This document shows, piece after piece, positions 37,230-46,237 of a DNA stretch of 53,367 nucleotides. Each line of letters begins with the position of its first letter. Positions within the stretch are counted from its first letter, which is position 1. Where the stretch lies: the IMG/VR virus record IMGVR_UViG_3300003886_000006, positions 1 to 53,367 of that record. The stretch is one strand, 5' to 3'. The position numbers and the translations under genes are program-made. A model generated the notes under the pieces. The model was not told where the DNA came from. It made no database searches and saw only the letters and a program-made list of their open reading frames with translations. Origin of the DNA: a virus (taxonomy: Duplodnaviria > Caudoviricetes).

Positions 37230-38052
37230 CGCCGCCGTCTCCTTCCATAGCCCAGCCCAGCACGCCATCCTCGACGGGGACAGCTATTGCGAGGCCGTTG
37301 CGGTAGGCGTCGCGCAACCCGACAGTGAGTAGATCGGGCGGCGAATCGACGAAGCCTTGTAACGCCGCATATTGCACAGTCAAAGCGGCCCAAGCGGCCC
37401 GAGCGGCCCAAGCGGCCCGAGCGGCCCAAGCGTCCCAAGCGGCCCAAGCGGCCCGAGCGGCCTGAGCGGCCCAAGCGTCCTGAGCGGCCTGAGCATCCTG
37501 AGCGGCCTGAGCGGCCCAAGCGTCCTGAGCGGCCTGAGCATCCTGAGCGGCCTGATATTGTCGTGTCGACCAGGACAGCCCCCTCGCCTTCAACGCCGCT
37601 ACCAGCCCGGCCTCAACAGCCACCGCATCCCGCAACGGGCGACTCAACGCCTCCCGCCACGACAACACCGAGTCGACCATCACATCCACATGCGGACGTA
37701 ACGCTTCGTGTAGTTCACTGACGGCGGCCCGGTACTCGTCATCGGTCGCTTCACGTACCAGCATCAGCCGCGACACCCGACATTTCCCTCCGACCTCAGT
37801 CACTTTAACCTGTTGCGGCACGTCAACTTGGATGAGCCGCGACGGGTACCCGTCCGGCCACAGTCCGCCGATTCGCAATGCCTCATGTGGTGCGTAGGTG
37901 AAGTTCCACCCTTCGGCACACCGCCGATTGGATCGGTCGACTTTCACTGTTGGAAGTAGCACTTCTGGGGTGCCGTCCCAAATCGGATCGCCGCCGCGGA
38001 CTGGCGGCCGGTAGTCGCTGGTCAGTACTTTCCACCCGGTACGGTCACTCAT
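37222..38052 (-). CDS. Hypothetical phage protein with (AAQ/DAW/AAR)n 9-bp repeat tract
   Basis: 276 aa; same architecture as 98..793; bounded by 22-bp direct repeats. Confidence 0.8.
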   Translation of the reverse strand: MSDRTGWKVLTSDYRPPVRGGDPIWDGTPEVLLPTVKVDRSNRRCAEGWNFTYAPHEALRIGGLWPDGYPSRLIQVDVPQQVKVTEVGGKCRVSRLMLVREATDDEYRAAVSELHEALRPHVDVMVDSVLSWREALSRPLRDAVAVEAGLVAALKARGLSWSTRQYQAAQDAQAAQDAWAAQAAQDAQAAQDAWAAQAARAAWAAWDAWAARAAWAARAAWAALTVQYAALQGFVDSPPDLLTVGLRDAYRNGLAIAVPVEDGVLGWAMEGDGGDE

Positions 38053-38332
38053 CGCCGCCGTCTCCTGTCTCTACCCAATGCTTCGGCGGGTCTTCAACGC
38101 GGCAGGCAGTTGCAGTCTCTATCCCCAATCCACAGCCATCATCTGCGGGATAGTATGTGGAGTCATGCACCACACACCATGGAACTGTATTCAACAGCAC
38201 CAGTTCGCCACCGAGGCAGGTCCAGGATATGGGGAACCCCACCGTATGGGGTTTGTAGTTTCCATGTTCGCATGGCCGATCAGGATCTCGCAATTCGCGA
38301 GATCCTGTTGCAGTTTCTGTTTCACTCATCAC
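38045..38332 (-). CDS. Cys/His-rich small protein, paralog of 36960..37229
   Basis: Same motif pattern and identical C-terminal segment. Confidence 0.75.
   Translation of the reverse strand: MMSETETATGSRELRDPDRPCEHGNYKPHTVGFPISWTCLGGELVLLNTVPWCVVHDSTYYPADDGCGLGIETATACRVEDPPKHWVETGDGGDE
38058..38107. repeat. 50-bp exact direct repeat, copy 2
   Basis: Identical to 36967-37016. Confidence 0.92.
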
Positions 38333-38528
38333 CGTCGCCCCTTCCTGGAAAGCATCGTCTACACGGTTTGTAATCAGTGTGTGGCGGAACGATCACTTCA
38401 ACATGGTGGTTGAGGCAATCTGTCAACGGTCGATCGGAAAAGCTTCGGTAGATTCGGTGGGCATGACTTCCAGCCCGGGTGAACCCAACTTGGCTTCTAT
38501 CCCGACTGTACAGATCTTCACCACGCAT
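38322..38528 (-). CDS. Small Cys/His protein
   Basis: HAH...C...PCRRCFP; GAGGAG RBS. Confidence 0.6.
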   Translation of the reverse strand: MRGEDLYSRDRSQVGFTRAGSHAHRIYRSFSDRPLTDCLNHHVEVIVPPHTDYKPCRRCFPGRGDGDE

Positions 38529-38721
38529 CACTATCTCTCTCCTCGCCTTCCCATGGGAACACGAACCGGGAGTGCCTGTCGCTCCAGACAGGTGTTGGCA
38601 AGTCAAGTTCCTCGGCGAGCCTGGGAAGCTCGTCGTTAACGTCGCCCATGTTCTCACTCAGGGCGAGACCGACGAGTATGCACCTGATCTCTGTGTAGTC
38701 GATATCGACGTTATTAATCAT
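38518..38721 (-). CDS. Hypothetical acidic protein
   Basis: 67 aa, GAGG RBS, coupled to neighbours. Confidence 0.6.
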   Translation of the reverse strand: MINNVDIDYTEIRCILVGLALSENMGDVNDELPRLAEELDLPTPVWSDRHSRFVFPWEGEERDSDAW

Positions 38722-38973
38722 TCAATCCTCTCCGTCCTCTCTCGCCAACAGCCCCGCAGCCATCGACTCCACCGTCGCCTTTATCCCCAATTCGTCAACA
38801 CTCCACACATGCCGCGTATTCACTTCCGAGTCGTTCCGTGCCGCCTCACAGCACCGGTCAAGACTGGAAGCCATCCAATCCGGTAATGCCCGATACAACG
38901 GCGGGAGTGACCGGCCACAGGTAGGGCACGGCACCGGTACAGCACATTCGGCAGTGCAATCGTCAAACATCAT
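38722..38973 (-). CDS. Cys-rich small protein
   Basis: CTAEC...CPTCG...CC; GGAGG RBS. Confidence 0.65.
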   Translation of the reverse strand: MMFDDCTAECAVPVPCPTCGRSLPPLYRALPDWMASSLDRCCEAARNDSEVNTRHVWSVDELGIKATVESMAAGLLAREDGED

Positions 38974-39113
38974 TACCTCCGTGTCTCATCACCCACTCCT
39001 CCTTCTACTTCCACAAACCGGGCCGGTCCAATGGGGCACCGGACGACCAGCCCGCAACAGTGTGTGTAATGCTTGCCGTCTAGCTGACCGGCCCGGTCTG
39101 CGGAAACCTTCAT
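38973..39113 (-). CDS. Putative 46-aa protein (MKVSADRAGQLDGKHYTHCCG...)
   Basis: Hand-translated; ATGA overlap upstream and TAATG overlap downstream fill the gap exactly. Confidence 0.5.
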   Translation of the reverse strand: MKVSADRAGQLDGKHYTHCCGLVVRCPIGPARFVEVEGGVGDETRR

Positions 39114-39388
39114 TCAACCGCCTCATATGTCGCCTTGAAAATCTCCGGTTTGCACGGGTAAAACTCGCCTGCGACACCTTTGATGATCCAGTCGCCAAGA
39201 TCAGCCCGCATCGTTCCTTCCAACGTATCGATCATCACAGCGACACCCGCCCGTCCGCTAGAAGCTTTCAATATCCACGCCGTCTCACCAATCCAGTCAA
39301 TCACATTCTTCCACGGAGGCTGCACTTCCATCGCTTCGATCACAACCGGCCGTTTCCGATATCTCATCGGTGTGTTCTTACCCATCAC
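39110..39388 (-). CDS. Widespread phage protein of unknown function (PGDYG-like)
   Basis: YRKRPVVIEA...TLEG...GDWIIKG..GEFYPCKPEIF..TYE signature. Confidence 0.85.
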   Translation of the reverse strand: MMGKNTPMRYRKRPVVIEAMEVQPPWKNVIDWIGETAWILKASSGRAGVAVMIDTLEGTMRADLGDWIIKGVAGEFYPCKPEIFKATYEAVE

Positions 39389-39747
39389 TGCCCCTTAAAT
39401 TTCTCTACTAGACGCTGATATTCGCCCCATTCAGGGTCGTCGGTGGGGGCGTCGCGAAGATCCGTCCAACCGTATCCCCATTTGCCGTTCCAGTCTCTCC
39501 GATATCCGTACACACGTTCCCAGTCGGATTTCCAATCCCCGATCGGGTAGCGGATAACCCAGTATCCTTCCGTGTTTGTTACGTCTATATGTTTCATGGA
39601 ATCTACAGCTTCGTCCTCGTCGAGGTAAAAACCGACAGGAGTCAAATGTCCACATTCCCCGCGCGGTTTCTCTTGAATGATGTAGACATATTCACTCTGC
39701 TGCCCCTGCTTGTCCTGTTTGCCTTGCTCTTCCCGACTCATTGACAC
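39385..39747 (-). CDS. Hypothetical protein
   Basis: 120 aa, aromatic-rich C-terminus, overlaps both neighbours. Confidence 0.7.
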   Translation of the reverse strand: MSMSREEQGKQDKQGQQSEYVYIIQEKPRGECGHLTPVGFYLDEDEAVDSMKHIDVTNTEGYWVIRYPIGDWKSDWERVYGYRRDWNGKWGYGWTDLRDAPTDDPEWGEYQRLVEKFKGQ

Positions 39748-40154
39748 ACCTTAACTTCCGTTTCCCCGGCCACTTCAACACTTGTCAACGTCTGCTCTGC
39801 TGACCCTTTCCCAACTGCACTCGCCCCGTCCATGTTCAACTGTAGGAACGTTCCGACTAGGCCCCACCGGAACTGCCGCCCTATCGGAATGTCGGTGAAA
39901 TTCACAACCGCCCCGTCCATCGTCCACGTCTCACCGGTCACAACCGATATCACGTCCGGGGACCAGTCCAACGTCAACGTCAGACAGACCGCTTCGACTG
40001 GTGTTGGTGGTGGTGTTTCAACGGTCTCAACGGTCTCAACGGTCGCTACTTTGGTTGACACGCCACCGTCTATCGCTACATCCCAAATCTCTGCGGTTCC
40101 GGTCTGGCCGATTGAGATAGCTACAGCCAGCATCATCATCAACAGTTTCATCAT
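39738..40154 (-). CDS. Putative secreted protein
   Basis: Signal-peptide-like MKLLMMMLAVAISIG; (VET)n-Pro linker. Confidence 0.65.
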   Translation of the reverse strand: MMKLLMMMLAVAISIGQTGTAEIWDVAIDGGVSTKVATVETVETVETPPPTPVEAVCLTLTLDWSPDVISVVTGETWTMDGAVVNFTDIPIGRQFRWGLVGTFLQLNMDGASAVGKGSAEQTLTSVEVAGETEVKVCQ

Positions 40155-40178
40155 GCCTTCATCTCCTGTTTCTTTCCG

Positions 40179-40418
40179 TCACTGTAAAGCTTTCGTCCGT
40201 AACAGTTCCATCCGCTGTTCCTGTTGCCCTTGTTGTTGCACTGCGACTAGCGCCAAGGTGGCGTGTATCTGCGCGGCCAGCAACAGATCGGTGTGCGGCG
40301 TGTAGGTGTATTCTTGGATGAGTCGTTGCGCCCGGAAGCGATGTTCCGCGACCTGGTCTGTGTGCGGTCCGTATACGAGTCCTTCGTTCAGAATCACGTT
40401 GTCGCTAGGTTTCATCAT
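40179..40418 (-). CDS. Hypothetical protein (AQIHATLALV motif)
   Basis: AGGGGA RBS; downstream of a consensus promoter. Confidence 0.7.
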   Translation of the reverse strand: MMKPSDNVILNEGLVYGPHTDQVAEHRFRAQRLIQEYTYTPHTDLLLAAQIHATLALVAVQQQGQQEQRMELLRTKALQ

Positions 40419-40463
40419 CTGTTTCTGTCCCCTTTCATCCTTCGCCTTTTCCTCATCTAACCT

Positions 40464-40492
40464 AGTTTAAACCATCTGGCTTACCGAGTCAA
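40464..40492 (-). promoter_or_regulatory. Sigma70/SigA-type promoter
   Basis: TTGACT-17 bp-TAAACT at the head of the 35145-40418 operon. Confidence 0.7.
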
Positions 40493-40505
40493 ACGTTCTT
40501 ACCCT

Positions 40506-40826
40506 TTACCCCATCACCCCTCTACCCCTCTCCCTTTCCCTTCCTTCCCCTTCCCCTTCCATCCTCATCTTTTTAACCTGATACCGGTCCCGTCGTAACA
40601 TCCCACCCCACATCCCTCGAAGCTGGTTGGTGGTGATCGCATAGTTGAGGCAGTCGGCCCGCACTAAACACCTTCCACATATTTTCCGTGCTTGAACTGT
40701 CGATTTGCCTTGAAGTGGGAAGAAAATGTCGGTGTCCATACCGGTACATGCCGCCTCTTCACGCCACTCGTTGGCTGCACCCCAAATGTTGCGGCTGGGT
40801 GACATGTCTGTTCTTTTCACTGTCAC
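40506..40826 (-). CDS. whiB: WhiB-family Fe-S transcription factor
   Basis: W.EEAAC...DIFFP...ICGRCLVRADC...GMWGG: four Cys plus the GxWGG turn. Confidence 0.95.
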   Translation of the reverse strand: MTVKRTDMSPSRNIWGAANEWREEAACTGMDTDIFFPLQGKSTVQARKICGRCLVRADCLNYAITTNQLRGMWGGMLRRDRYQVKKMRMEGEGEGRERERGRGVMG

Positions 40827-41785
40827 AGCATCACCTTGCCACCCAGTTCGGTTTTGACCAGATGGATCGCAGCCAGATCCTCTCCCCGCATCCGGTTCCT
40901 CATCTCACCTGCCAACCCGATTTTCACCAACTCCACCATCGTGTAACGCGGTAACCGTCTGATCTTTTGCGGCATCCCCACATTTTCGTCCCGCGCCACC
41001 ACAATCACATCCTGTAACTTCCCGGACCACATTTTCGCCCATCCTTGACTGTCGAGTCGTTTCCGTAACGCGGCCCCCGGTTCTTCGGCAAAATCTAGTG
41101 TCGCCGGATCAATCTTCGGCCAGCCCAAATCCCCGTTGGCTATCAGCAAAGCTAACGTCAACACCCGTTCCAGCTTGTATTTCAACGCATGGTTACGGAT
41201 CAGATATGCCGGGTGGAACGCCGGTATCCAAATTCGACCGTGCGCCCAAACTGCGACGCCTTCAACGTCACCGAACCGGCCGGTTAGTTTCCCAATCACA
41301 GCCTCATATGCGGATTTCCCTAGCAGCACTCCGACTGTTGCTTTAGCCAATTTGAGCTGCGCGTCGAGATTCACACGACACGCTTCCACTTCCACCTTCT
41401 CCGGTGTCCGATTGTTAGGTGGTCGGCAACACACTGCGTTCAACACCATCACATTCTCACGTGCCGTCCCCACCTTCTCTAAGCTCCTGTCCAACAGCCG
41501 TCCTGAGGCCCCCACAAACGGTTCCCCCTGTTCATCTTCGTTCCTCCCCGGCCCTTCCCCGACGATAACCAGACTGCTACTTGTTGGACCGTTCCACGGG
41601 ACCGGCGCGGCACATGTGGTGTGCAAATCGCAAACATCACAGTTGATGATCGCGTCACGGATCTTCTGCTCACGGTACAGTCGGGTGAAGCGGCGACGGG
41701 ACTGCGCGGTACGCGCGTTGCGGGCCGCGGCGAGATAGTTGGGATGTGACATAGCTACGGCCGAGGTTCGCAAGTGTGATCCCAA
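40823..41785 (-). CDS. Uracil-DNA glycosylase family 4 with C-terminal extension
   Basis: CDVCDL, GEGPG..ED.QG.PFVG, CRPP.NR.P, FHPAY motifs. Confidence 0.92.
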   Translation of the reverse strand: MGSHLRTSAVAMSHPNYLAAARNARTAQSRRRFTRLYREQKIRDAIINCDVCDLHTTCAAPVPWNGPTSSSLVIVGEGPGRNEDEQGEPFVGASGRLLDRSLEKVGTARENVMVLNAVCCRPPNNRTPEKVEVEACRVNLDAQLKLAKATVGVLLGKSAYEAVIGKLTGRFGDVEGVAVWAHGRIWIPAFHPAYLIRNHALKYKLERVLTLALLIANGDLGWPKIDPATLDFAEEPGAALRKRLDSQGWAKMWSGKLQDVIVVARDENVGMPQKIRRLPRYTMVELVKIGLAGEMRNRMRGEDLAAIHLVKTELGGKVML

Positions 41786-42123
41786 TGATGGCGACTGTTA
41801 CCGACGTAACGTGATCCACGAACTTCGACACGAAGGGTAAGCAAGTCGTGGGCGAGCCGATTAACGAACAACGCATCAGCCTTTAACTGCTTAGCCATAT
41901 CAGTTGTCACGGCTATTCCAGTTTCCTTCGCCATGTCGGCTTCGGTTTCGAAGTCACAGCCGATACGCATCAGCTCATATATTCGCCTCTTACCTGGGGT
42001 CAACTTCGCAATTCGATTCAACCGATCCTGCAACTTTCGTTCCTGCTTCGTCGTCGTTCGAATTCGTCGCGTAATGTTTGCAGCGTCAGCAATACCCGTA
42101 GCATCTACAGCAGTATCCATCAT
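41755..42123 (-). CDS. Hypothetical protein, possible HTH
   Basis: LTPGKRRIYELM...TEADMAKETG. Confidence 0.6.
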   Translation of the reverse strand: MMDTAVDATGIADAANITRRIRTTTKQERKLQDRLNRIAKLTPGKRRIYELMRIGCDFETEADMAKETGIAVTTDMAKQLKADALFVNRLAHDLLTLRVEVRGSRYVGNSRHHWDHTCEPRP

Positions 42124-43331
42124 GTTCCCTTGTAGTTGAGGATTTGTCTAAGCTCGACTTTGATTTCAACGAGATCAGCTTGAAGTGCCATGACACGATT
42201 GATGTCTTTATAGGATCGCGGGTCTTCGTCGATAAGCAATGCAGCCTTGTCCTTCAACCACGTTTTGCCTTTCATCAAATCGGTGAGTTCGTCTGCGGTG
42301 AACTGTCTCTTCGCGGCTTTCCGCGACATTCGTCTCCCTGCCCCATGTGCCGATGATTGGAAAGACGCTTTGTTGCCTTTACCTTTCACAATGAAGCTGT
42401 TGGTGCCCATCGACCCTGGCACAACTCCCCAATCACCCACGCGGGCGCGGATAGCTCCTTTACGGGTGATCCACAGGTTCCGCCCCATGTGATTTTCAAG
42501 GGCGATATAGTTGTGATGACAGTTGATGCGGCGACGTTCTGAGATGCTATCAAGCTTCTCTTTGGAGACAGCAACTGCTATCGCGTCAAGTACTGCATCC
42601 ATCATCGCTTCCCGGTTAGCTAAAGCATATCTCTGCGCCCACATGAGGTCTTCGATGTAGTGGGTGAACTCCTCAGTATCTTCAACGAAATAGGCCAGGT
42701 CCGGATCATCAAGCTGAATGAACCGACGCTTCATATCTCCCTTAGCTGTCTCGATATGCTTCCGAGCCAAAATATTGCCCACACCGCGAGAGCCGGAATG
42801 TAACACAACCCAAACACCCGGATCGGAGCCAGACGTGGCAACAAGATTTTCCTCATAGAGGGCTTCGACAAGACAGATTTCAACAAAGTGGTTGCCGGAA
42901 CCTAGAGATCCGAACTGGTTGACGGTGCGTTGCTCCAAACCGCATTCTTCCACCGACTCGTTCGGATTGGCACGTATCCACGCATCCCCCATATTGGAAT
43001 GTTGATGGCCTTTACCAACACCGGCCGGAACTGTCTGCTCAATATGTGACAGGAGTGGTCCTAAATCGTCGGGCAGATCGGAAGCGTCGAGGGTGGTTTC
43101 TACTGCAATCATGCCACAACCGATATCTACCCCTACTGCGGCAGGCATGATGGCCCCTCGGGTCGGGATCACCGACCCTATTGTTGCTCCCATGCCAAGA
43201 TGAGCATCAGGCATGAGAGCGACATGGGGCGACACGAAAGGCATGTCACCACTACGGGTTGCCTGTTCGACCACATTGTCTTCAAGATTGTCGGCCCACG
43301 ATAAAACATGGGGGGTGAGTCTCTTAGGCAT
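42120..43331 (-). CDS. rtcB: RtcB RNA ligase
   Basis: PDAH, VGVDIGCG, GSGNHF, HSGSRG, HHN, RKGA, PGSMG, SAHGAGR, YKDI motifs all present. Confidence 0.97.
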   Translation of the reverse strand: MPKRLTPHVLSWADNLEDNVVEQATRSGDMPFVSPHVALMPDAHLGMGATIGSVIPTRGAIMPAAVGVDIGCGMIAVETTLDASDLPDDLGPLLSHIEQTVPAGVGKGHQHSNMGDAWIRANPNESVEECGLEQRTVNQFGSLGSGNHFVEICLVEALYEENLVATSGSDPGVWVVLHSGSRGVGNILARKHIETAKGDMKRRFIQLDDPDLAYFVEDTEEFTHYIEDLMWAQRYALANREAMMDAVLDAIAVAVSKEKLDSISERRRINCHHNYIALENHMGRNLWITRKGAIRARVGDWGVVPGSMGTNSFIVKGKGNKASFQSSAHGAGRRMSRKAAKRQFTADELTDLMKGKTWLKDKAALLIDEDPRSYKDINRVMALQADLVEIKVELRQILNYKGT

Positions 43332-43512
43332 CTTCCCCTCCTGTAGGCTTCATAGCCCTTTTACCCTCATACATATATTCAGCTAGTTCCTCCGCGTATT
43401 CAATCAGCTCTTTCGCGGTCGGCGGCCGATCAGTTTGACTTCTCGGCTTCAACATTGATGCAGCCAGCTTCAACCCGTTGTATCTCCGCTCACCCATCGA
43501 CAGTACACTCAC
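43324..43512 (-). CDS. Hypothetical small protein
   Basis: GGAGG RBS; overlaps both neighbours. Confidence 0.65.
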   Translation of the reverse strand: MSVLSMGERRYNGLKLAASMLKPRSQTDRPPTAKELIEYAEELAEYMYEGKRAMKPTGGEDA

Positions 43513-44180
43513 AGCGCCTCCTGTAGCCTTTCAGCAGTCTTCTTCCCGATCCCGTCTATCGCCAACATTTCCTCATATGTCATGGTCCATGTCATCGGCA
43601 CCATCCCGCCGTTCGCATCCAACATTTTCTTCGCCATGTCCGGTCCGATACCGGGGAACGATTGCAACACATGCAACCCGAATCCTTGATCCCCGACTTT
43701 CCCCCACGAATTTCTGGTCGGCCCTGGCCGCCGTTTCAAACTGGTGTGTTTCCCTTTCTTCACCCATTTCTCTAACGACCTGATCAGGTCGGCTGTTTCT
43801 GTCAACCCTCGCACCCACAGCACCGGCACACCGAATTCGAACATGAGGGTGAAGAACAGGCCGTGGAGTTGATGCAATGTGAGCCGCGACCAGCTATCCC
43901 CTAGTAGCACCCCGTCGCTGGTCCACTCCCCGTAGCCTTCTAACACCAGCAGCACCTGCTTCAACCCGCCCATCATTTGCAACTGTTGATATAGCCGTCC
44001 GTCGTCTAAAGAGTTGAGCAGGTCGTTTGGGAACTGTTTGCGTTGTATCCCGATCCGGTGTTTCCCGGCGAGCACTAGAAAGTCACAGCCGTGCCGTTCC
44101 GGCTCAGACGATGTTGAACCGATATCGTCTAGCTGCTGTCGTAGCTGTTGAGGTTCGGTGGGGGAGATAAGAACACTCAT
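43509..44180 (-). CDS. ERCC4/XPF-family structure-specific nuclease with tandem HhH
   Basis: GCDF...IQRK...DLLNSLDDGRLYQQ; GIGPDMA and GIGKKTA hairpins. Confidence 0.9.
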   Translation of the reverse strand: MSVLISPTEPQQLRQQLDDIGSTSSEPERHGCDFLVLAGKHRIGIQRKQFPNDLLNSLDDGRLYQQLQMMGGLKQVLLVLEGYGEWTSDGVLLGDSWSRLTLHQLHGLFFTLMFEFGVPVLWVRGLTETADLIRSLEKWVKKGKHTSLKRRPGPTRNSWGKVGDQGFGLHVLQSFPGIGPDMAKKMLDANGGMVPMTWTMTYEEMLAIDGIGKKTAERLQEAL

Positions 44181-44193
44181 CGTCTATCCTCTC

Positions 44194-45075
44194 TCACTTT
44201 TCACTCTTCACCCTTCGCTTCTTCTGCTTCCTTTGCCTTATCTCCCAGCCGCCTATCCGCCTCAAATACTGTTTCACATACGCATTTTGTGGCATGTCCC
44301 CAATGTCTATTGTCCTACTCCCCACCTTCTCTTCCCACACGTCTTCCCTCGTCCGGTCCCCTACCATCACCATCTGTCGGCTCCCGTCGGCCCGTTTCAG
44401 CATCCTCGTGATCGTGTCGTAGCGATGTCCGATGCCTTTCTGACCTACCGGGGCCATCGAATTCGCAATCTTGTACCGTTTGATCTGGTCCGATGTGCCG
44501 CCCCGGTTCACATCGATTTTCCGTTCTGTTGTAACCCCGATCGTGTGCGCCCTCGTTTTCATCGTCAACGGCAGTTCGAACTGCTTATACACTTTGGTGA
44601 TGAAAATCCAGTCCATGCCTTCCTGGCCGCCGAACTGCGCCTTGTGGCCTTTACCGGCCGCTTCGGCCTTTTTCACTTCGGCTCGCATCGCCAAAAAGTA
44701 GTCTTCCGGTTCGTCCCCCATCACTTCACGGACGTAGAAATATTGGGCTTCCTCCCACGCCCAATCCAACATGTCGACAACGATCAGGTCACCTTTTTTG
44801 CTTGCCCGACTGATTTCCCGGGCGATTGTCAACGCGTCGCGGAAATCGTATGGCTGGGCGACTTCAACCAGTCCGCTTTTCTCCACTTTCGGGAACCACA
44901 GGTCAGCCATCTTGTCCCACGTATGGTCCGTGTCGATGATGCGAATAGTGCCGTCATATCCCCATTTGATAGCGTTCGCGATGAAATCAGCCCAACAGGT
45001 TGATTTCCCTACCTTCTCCGCACCGTAGATCAGATGTCGTTCCGGTGCGTTCCGATCCGGATGTGGCTGCAACAT
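44194..45075 (-). CDS. AAA_24/Sak4-like recombination ATPase
   Basis: LIYGAEKVGKST Walker A, IIDTD, IVVD Walker B; sits in an exonuclease/SSB module. Confidence 0.8.
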   Translation of the reverse strand: MLQPHPDRNAPERHLIYGAEKVGKSTCWADFIANAIKWGYDGTIRIIDTDHTWDKMADLWFPKVEKSGLVEVAQPYDFRDALTIAREISRASKKGDLIVVDMLDWAWEEAQYFYVREVMGDEPEDYFLAMRAEVKKAEAAGKGHKAQFGGQEGMDWIFITKVYKQFELPLTMKTRAHTIGVTTERKIDVNRGGTSDQIKRYKIANSMAPVGQKGIGHRYDTITRMLKRADGSRQMVMVGDRTREDVWEEKVGSRTIDIGDMPQNAYVKQYLRRIGGWEIRQRKQKKRRVKSEK

Positions 45076-45076
45076 C

Positions 45077-46093
45077 TCAACCTACTTTCTTCACCGACGG
45101 GTACCGGTACTCTTTCTTATCTTTGCACTGCTCGATCGTCTCTTTCAACTTCACTTCTTCCATCTTCAACTTTTCAGCCAGCTTCCCCACATTCAGATAC
45201 CCACGCGACCCGCCTTGGCCTTTGATTTGCCAACCGCCGACGATCCGCACTGTCCCTTTCGCGACGATCTCATTGATCCTCTTGTTCACATCCCGGCGTT
45301 CCTCTTCCGCCATTTTCCCTCGCGCCATCACTTTGCTCAGCTCACTGTGATGTTCAGCTAAGCCGACTAGCACCGCGTTGGTCACATCGTCGATCGGGTC
45401 ACTACCGACATCATCTTCCACACCGAACGGGTTGTCGTCGTCGTGCAGATACGGGTATGGGCAGAAGAACTTTTCGCTGGCTTCCACGTCGCACGGTGGC
45501 AGCTCGTTCTTCTTCCGCCACTTTTCCGCTTCGATAATCCGTCGCCGGATCTGTTTCCAACTGACCGGTGGCGTCGAAACATGTTGAATGTTCATCTCGC
45601 CGCTGTCGCGACATTTCACCACATATTCGGCTTCAAGCCCATAGTGATGCATTTCGATACTGATCTGATACCCGTATTTGACAAACTCGGGGGACATGAG
45701 GGCGGTGGTCGCGTCGGTGAAACTCAACCATTTCTTGTACCGCGCTTTCGACATCGTTTTGATTTCAATCACCCGATCTTTGCGGGCACGCGGCGGTCGA
45801 CCCAGCCCGTCGGGGTGGAAACGGATGAAGACGCGGGGGATGATTTTCACGTCAACCTGATCCTGTTGACTGTGGATCTTCCAGCCTGCTTCCCGTAACG
45901 CTTCGATAATCACCGGCTCATGCATGACCCCTTCGGCTGCGGCGGTGTTCATTATCCGGTCGGCAAATTGGGAACGGTTCTCCGCGTATCCTTGCATCGC
46001 GGCGACTATCGCACGGACACAAGTGCCGGAACCGGAAGCTCGGTAGATGGAAGTGTCGTTTTCGCGGTAGCCGATTGGCCGATTGTCACTCAC
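45077..46093 (-). CDS. Cas4/RecB-like PD-(D/E)xK exonuclease
   Basis: RAS...C.R, G..HE, HPDG, EIKT, YQ, terminal C...FCPY...; GTG start after AAGGAG. Confidence 0.85.
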   Translation of the reverse strand: MSDNRPIGYRENDTSIYRASGSGTCVRAIVAAMQGYAENRSQFADRIMNTAAAEGVMHEPVIIEALREAGWKIHSQQDQVDVKIIPRVFIRFHPDGLGRPPRARKDRVIEIKTMSKARYKKWLSFTDATTALMSPEFVKYGYQISIEMHHYGLEAEYVVKCRDSGEMNIQHVSTPPVSWKQIRRRIIEAEKWRKKNELPPCDVEASEKFFCPYPYLHDDDNPFGVEDDVGSDPIDDVTNAVLVGLAEHHSELSKVMARGKMAEEERRDVNKRINEIVAKGTVRIVGGWQIKGQGGSRGYLNVGKLAEKLKMEEVKLKETIEQCKDKKEYRYPSVKKVG

Positions 46094-46115
46094 GTCGCAG
46101 TCTCCTTCTATGTTC

Positions 46116-46219
46116 GGAACTGTGGGGTCGAACAAGCGTGGAAGACACACGCAGCCGGATATTTAACCCCACAGTTCCTATATGCTTCCCTAGCCTCCGG
46201 TATCTGGGCTTCGGGAAGC
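46116..46219 (-). other. Two stem-loops upstream of the Cas4-like gene
   Basis: 13-bp perfect stem GGAACTGTGGGGT/ACCCCACAGTTCC, plus a GCTTCCC/GGGAAGC stem. Confidence 0.65.
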
Positions 46220-46237
46220 TGACCTTACCAACCTTGC

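Noticed and set aside
37372-37701. Collagen-like (GPS)n plus-strand ORF
   Set aside because: Antisense shadow of the 9-bp repeat inside 37222..38052; it has no RBS or context support.
36967-38107. Diversity-generating retroelement TR/VR pair
   Set aside because: The 50-bp copies are identical with no adenine-specific differences, and no reverse transcriptase is present.
45077-46093. CRISPR-associated Cas4
   Set aside because: No array or other cas genes; the Sak4/SSB context indicates a solo phage recombination exonuclease.
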